Shown here in pieces: positions 62,866-64,000 of a stretch of DNA of 64,000 nt; the first letter of the stretch is position 1; every line of letters begins with the position of its first letter. The notes beneath the pieces are model-generated. The model made no database searches, had not been told where the DNA came from, and saw nothing but the letters and a program-made list of their open reading frames with translations. The DNA lies in contig CM059431.1 of assembly GCA_030390025.1 (NCBI GenBank), positions 140,246,001 through 140,310,000 of the forward strand, written 5' to 3'. This DNA comes from Squalus acanthias. Taxonomy: Eukaryota. Made by a program: the position numbers and the translations under genes.

Positions 62866-64000
62866 TAATAAGAGCAGGAGTAGGCCATACGGCCGTCGAG
62901 CCTGCTCCGCCATTCAATAAGAGCATAGCTAATCAGCAACCTCAACTCCACTTTCCCGCCCGAGCTCTATATCCCTTGATTCCCCATGAGTCCAAAAATC
63001 TATCTATCTCTGCCTTGAATATACTCAAACATTCAGTATTCACAGCCCTCTGGGGCAAGAAATTCCTCCTTATCTCAGTCTTAAATGGCCGACCCCTTAT
63101 CCTAAGACTATGCCCCGTAGTTCTAGACACTCCAGCCAGGGGAAACAACCTCTCAGCATCTACCCTGTCAATCCCCTTCAGAATCTTGTGTGTTTCAATG
63201 AGATCACCTCTCATTCTTCTAGACTCCAGAGAGTATCGGCCCATTCTACACAATCTCTCCGCATAGGACAGCCCTCTCATCCCAGGAATCAATCTAGTGA
63301 ACTTGCGTTGCACCGCCTCCAAGACAAGTATATCCTTCCTTAGATAAGGAGACCAAAACTGTACACAGTACTCCAGGTGTGGTCTCACCAAGGCCCTGTA
63401 CAATTGTAGCAAGACTTCCTTACTGTTATACTTCAACCACCATGTATTAAAGGCCAATATGCCATTTGCCTTCCTTATTGCTTGCTGTACCTGCATGCTA
63501 GCTTTCTGTGTTTCTTGCACGAGGACACCCAAATCTCTGAACACCAACATTTGAAAGTTTCTCACCATTTAAAATATTCTGTTTTTCTATTCTTCCTACC
63601 AAAGTGAATAACCTCACATTTCCCTACATTATACTCCATCTGCCACCTTACTGCCCACTCACTTGGTCTATCTGTATCCCTTTGCAGACTCTTTGTTCTC
63701 ACAGCTTACTATCCCACCTAGTTTTGTATCATAAGCAAACTTGGATACATTACACTCTTTCCCTTCATCTAGGTCATTAATATAGATTGTAAATAGCTGA
63801 GGCCCCAACACTGATCCTTGCGGCACCCCACTAGTTACAGCCTGCTAACCTGAAAAAGATCCGTTTATCCCTACTCTCTCTTTTCTGTCCATTAACCAAT
63901 CCTCTATCCATGCTACTATATTACCCCCAACCCCATGAGCCCTAATCTTGTGTAATAATCTTTTATGTGGCATTTTATCGAATGCCTTTTAGTAATCCAA
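62866..64000 (-). mobile_element. CR1 LINE 3' part (continues past the window end)
   Basis: [27 protein letters not shown] 62942-63568; [10 protein letters not shown] region near 63800. Confidence 0.92.

Overview
Eukaryotic, repeat-rich genomic DNA, most likely from a cartilaginous fish (shark-type CR1 LINEs, an HE1-like V-SINE, and an NLR of the expanded chondrichthyan type). The main gene is an apparently intact + strand NLR immune receptor that I assembled by hand from 13 coding exons (45880-61391, 1139 aa). Its architecture is CARD-like, FISNA-like, NACHT, then ribonuclease-inhibitor-type LRRs. The LRR region is a tandem array of ~305-bp exon+intron cassettes with near-invariant helix codons and variable concave-face residues. 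The left two-thirds is a mosaic of nested CR1/L2 fragments, two large 40-bp satellite fields with higher-order repeats, a 1638-bp solo-LTR-like insertion, a G-rich ~21-bp satellite and a ~4-kb CT/CA expansion. That expansion splits an element carrying a hammerhead-ribozyme-like core. Unexplained exon-like segments on the minus strand (22.9-24.2 kb, partial paralog at 34.9-35.1 kb) include a 456-nt open exon with a RHIM-like motif. All family assignments come from my own sequence recognition, not database searches.
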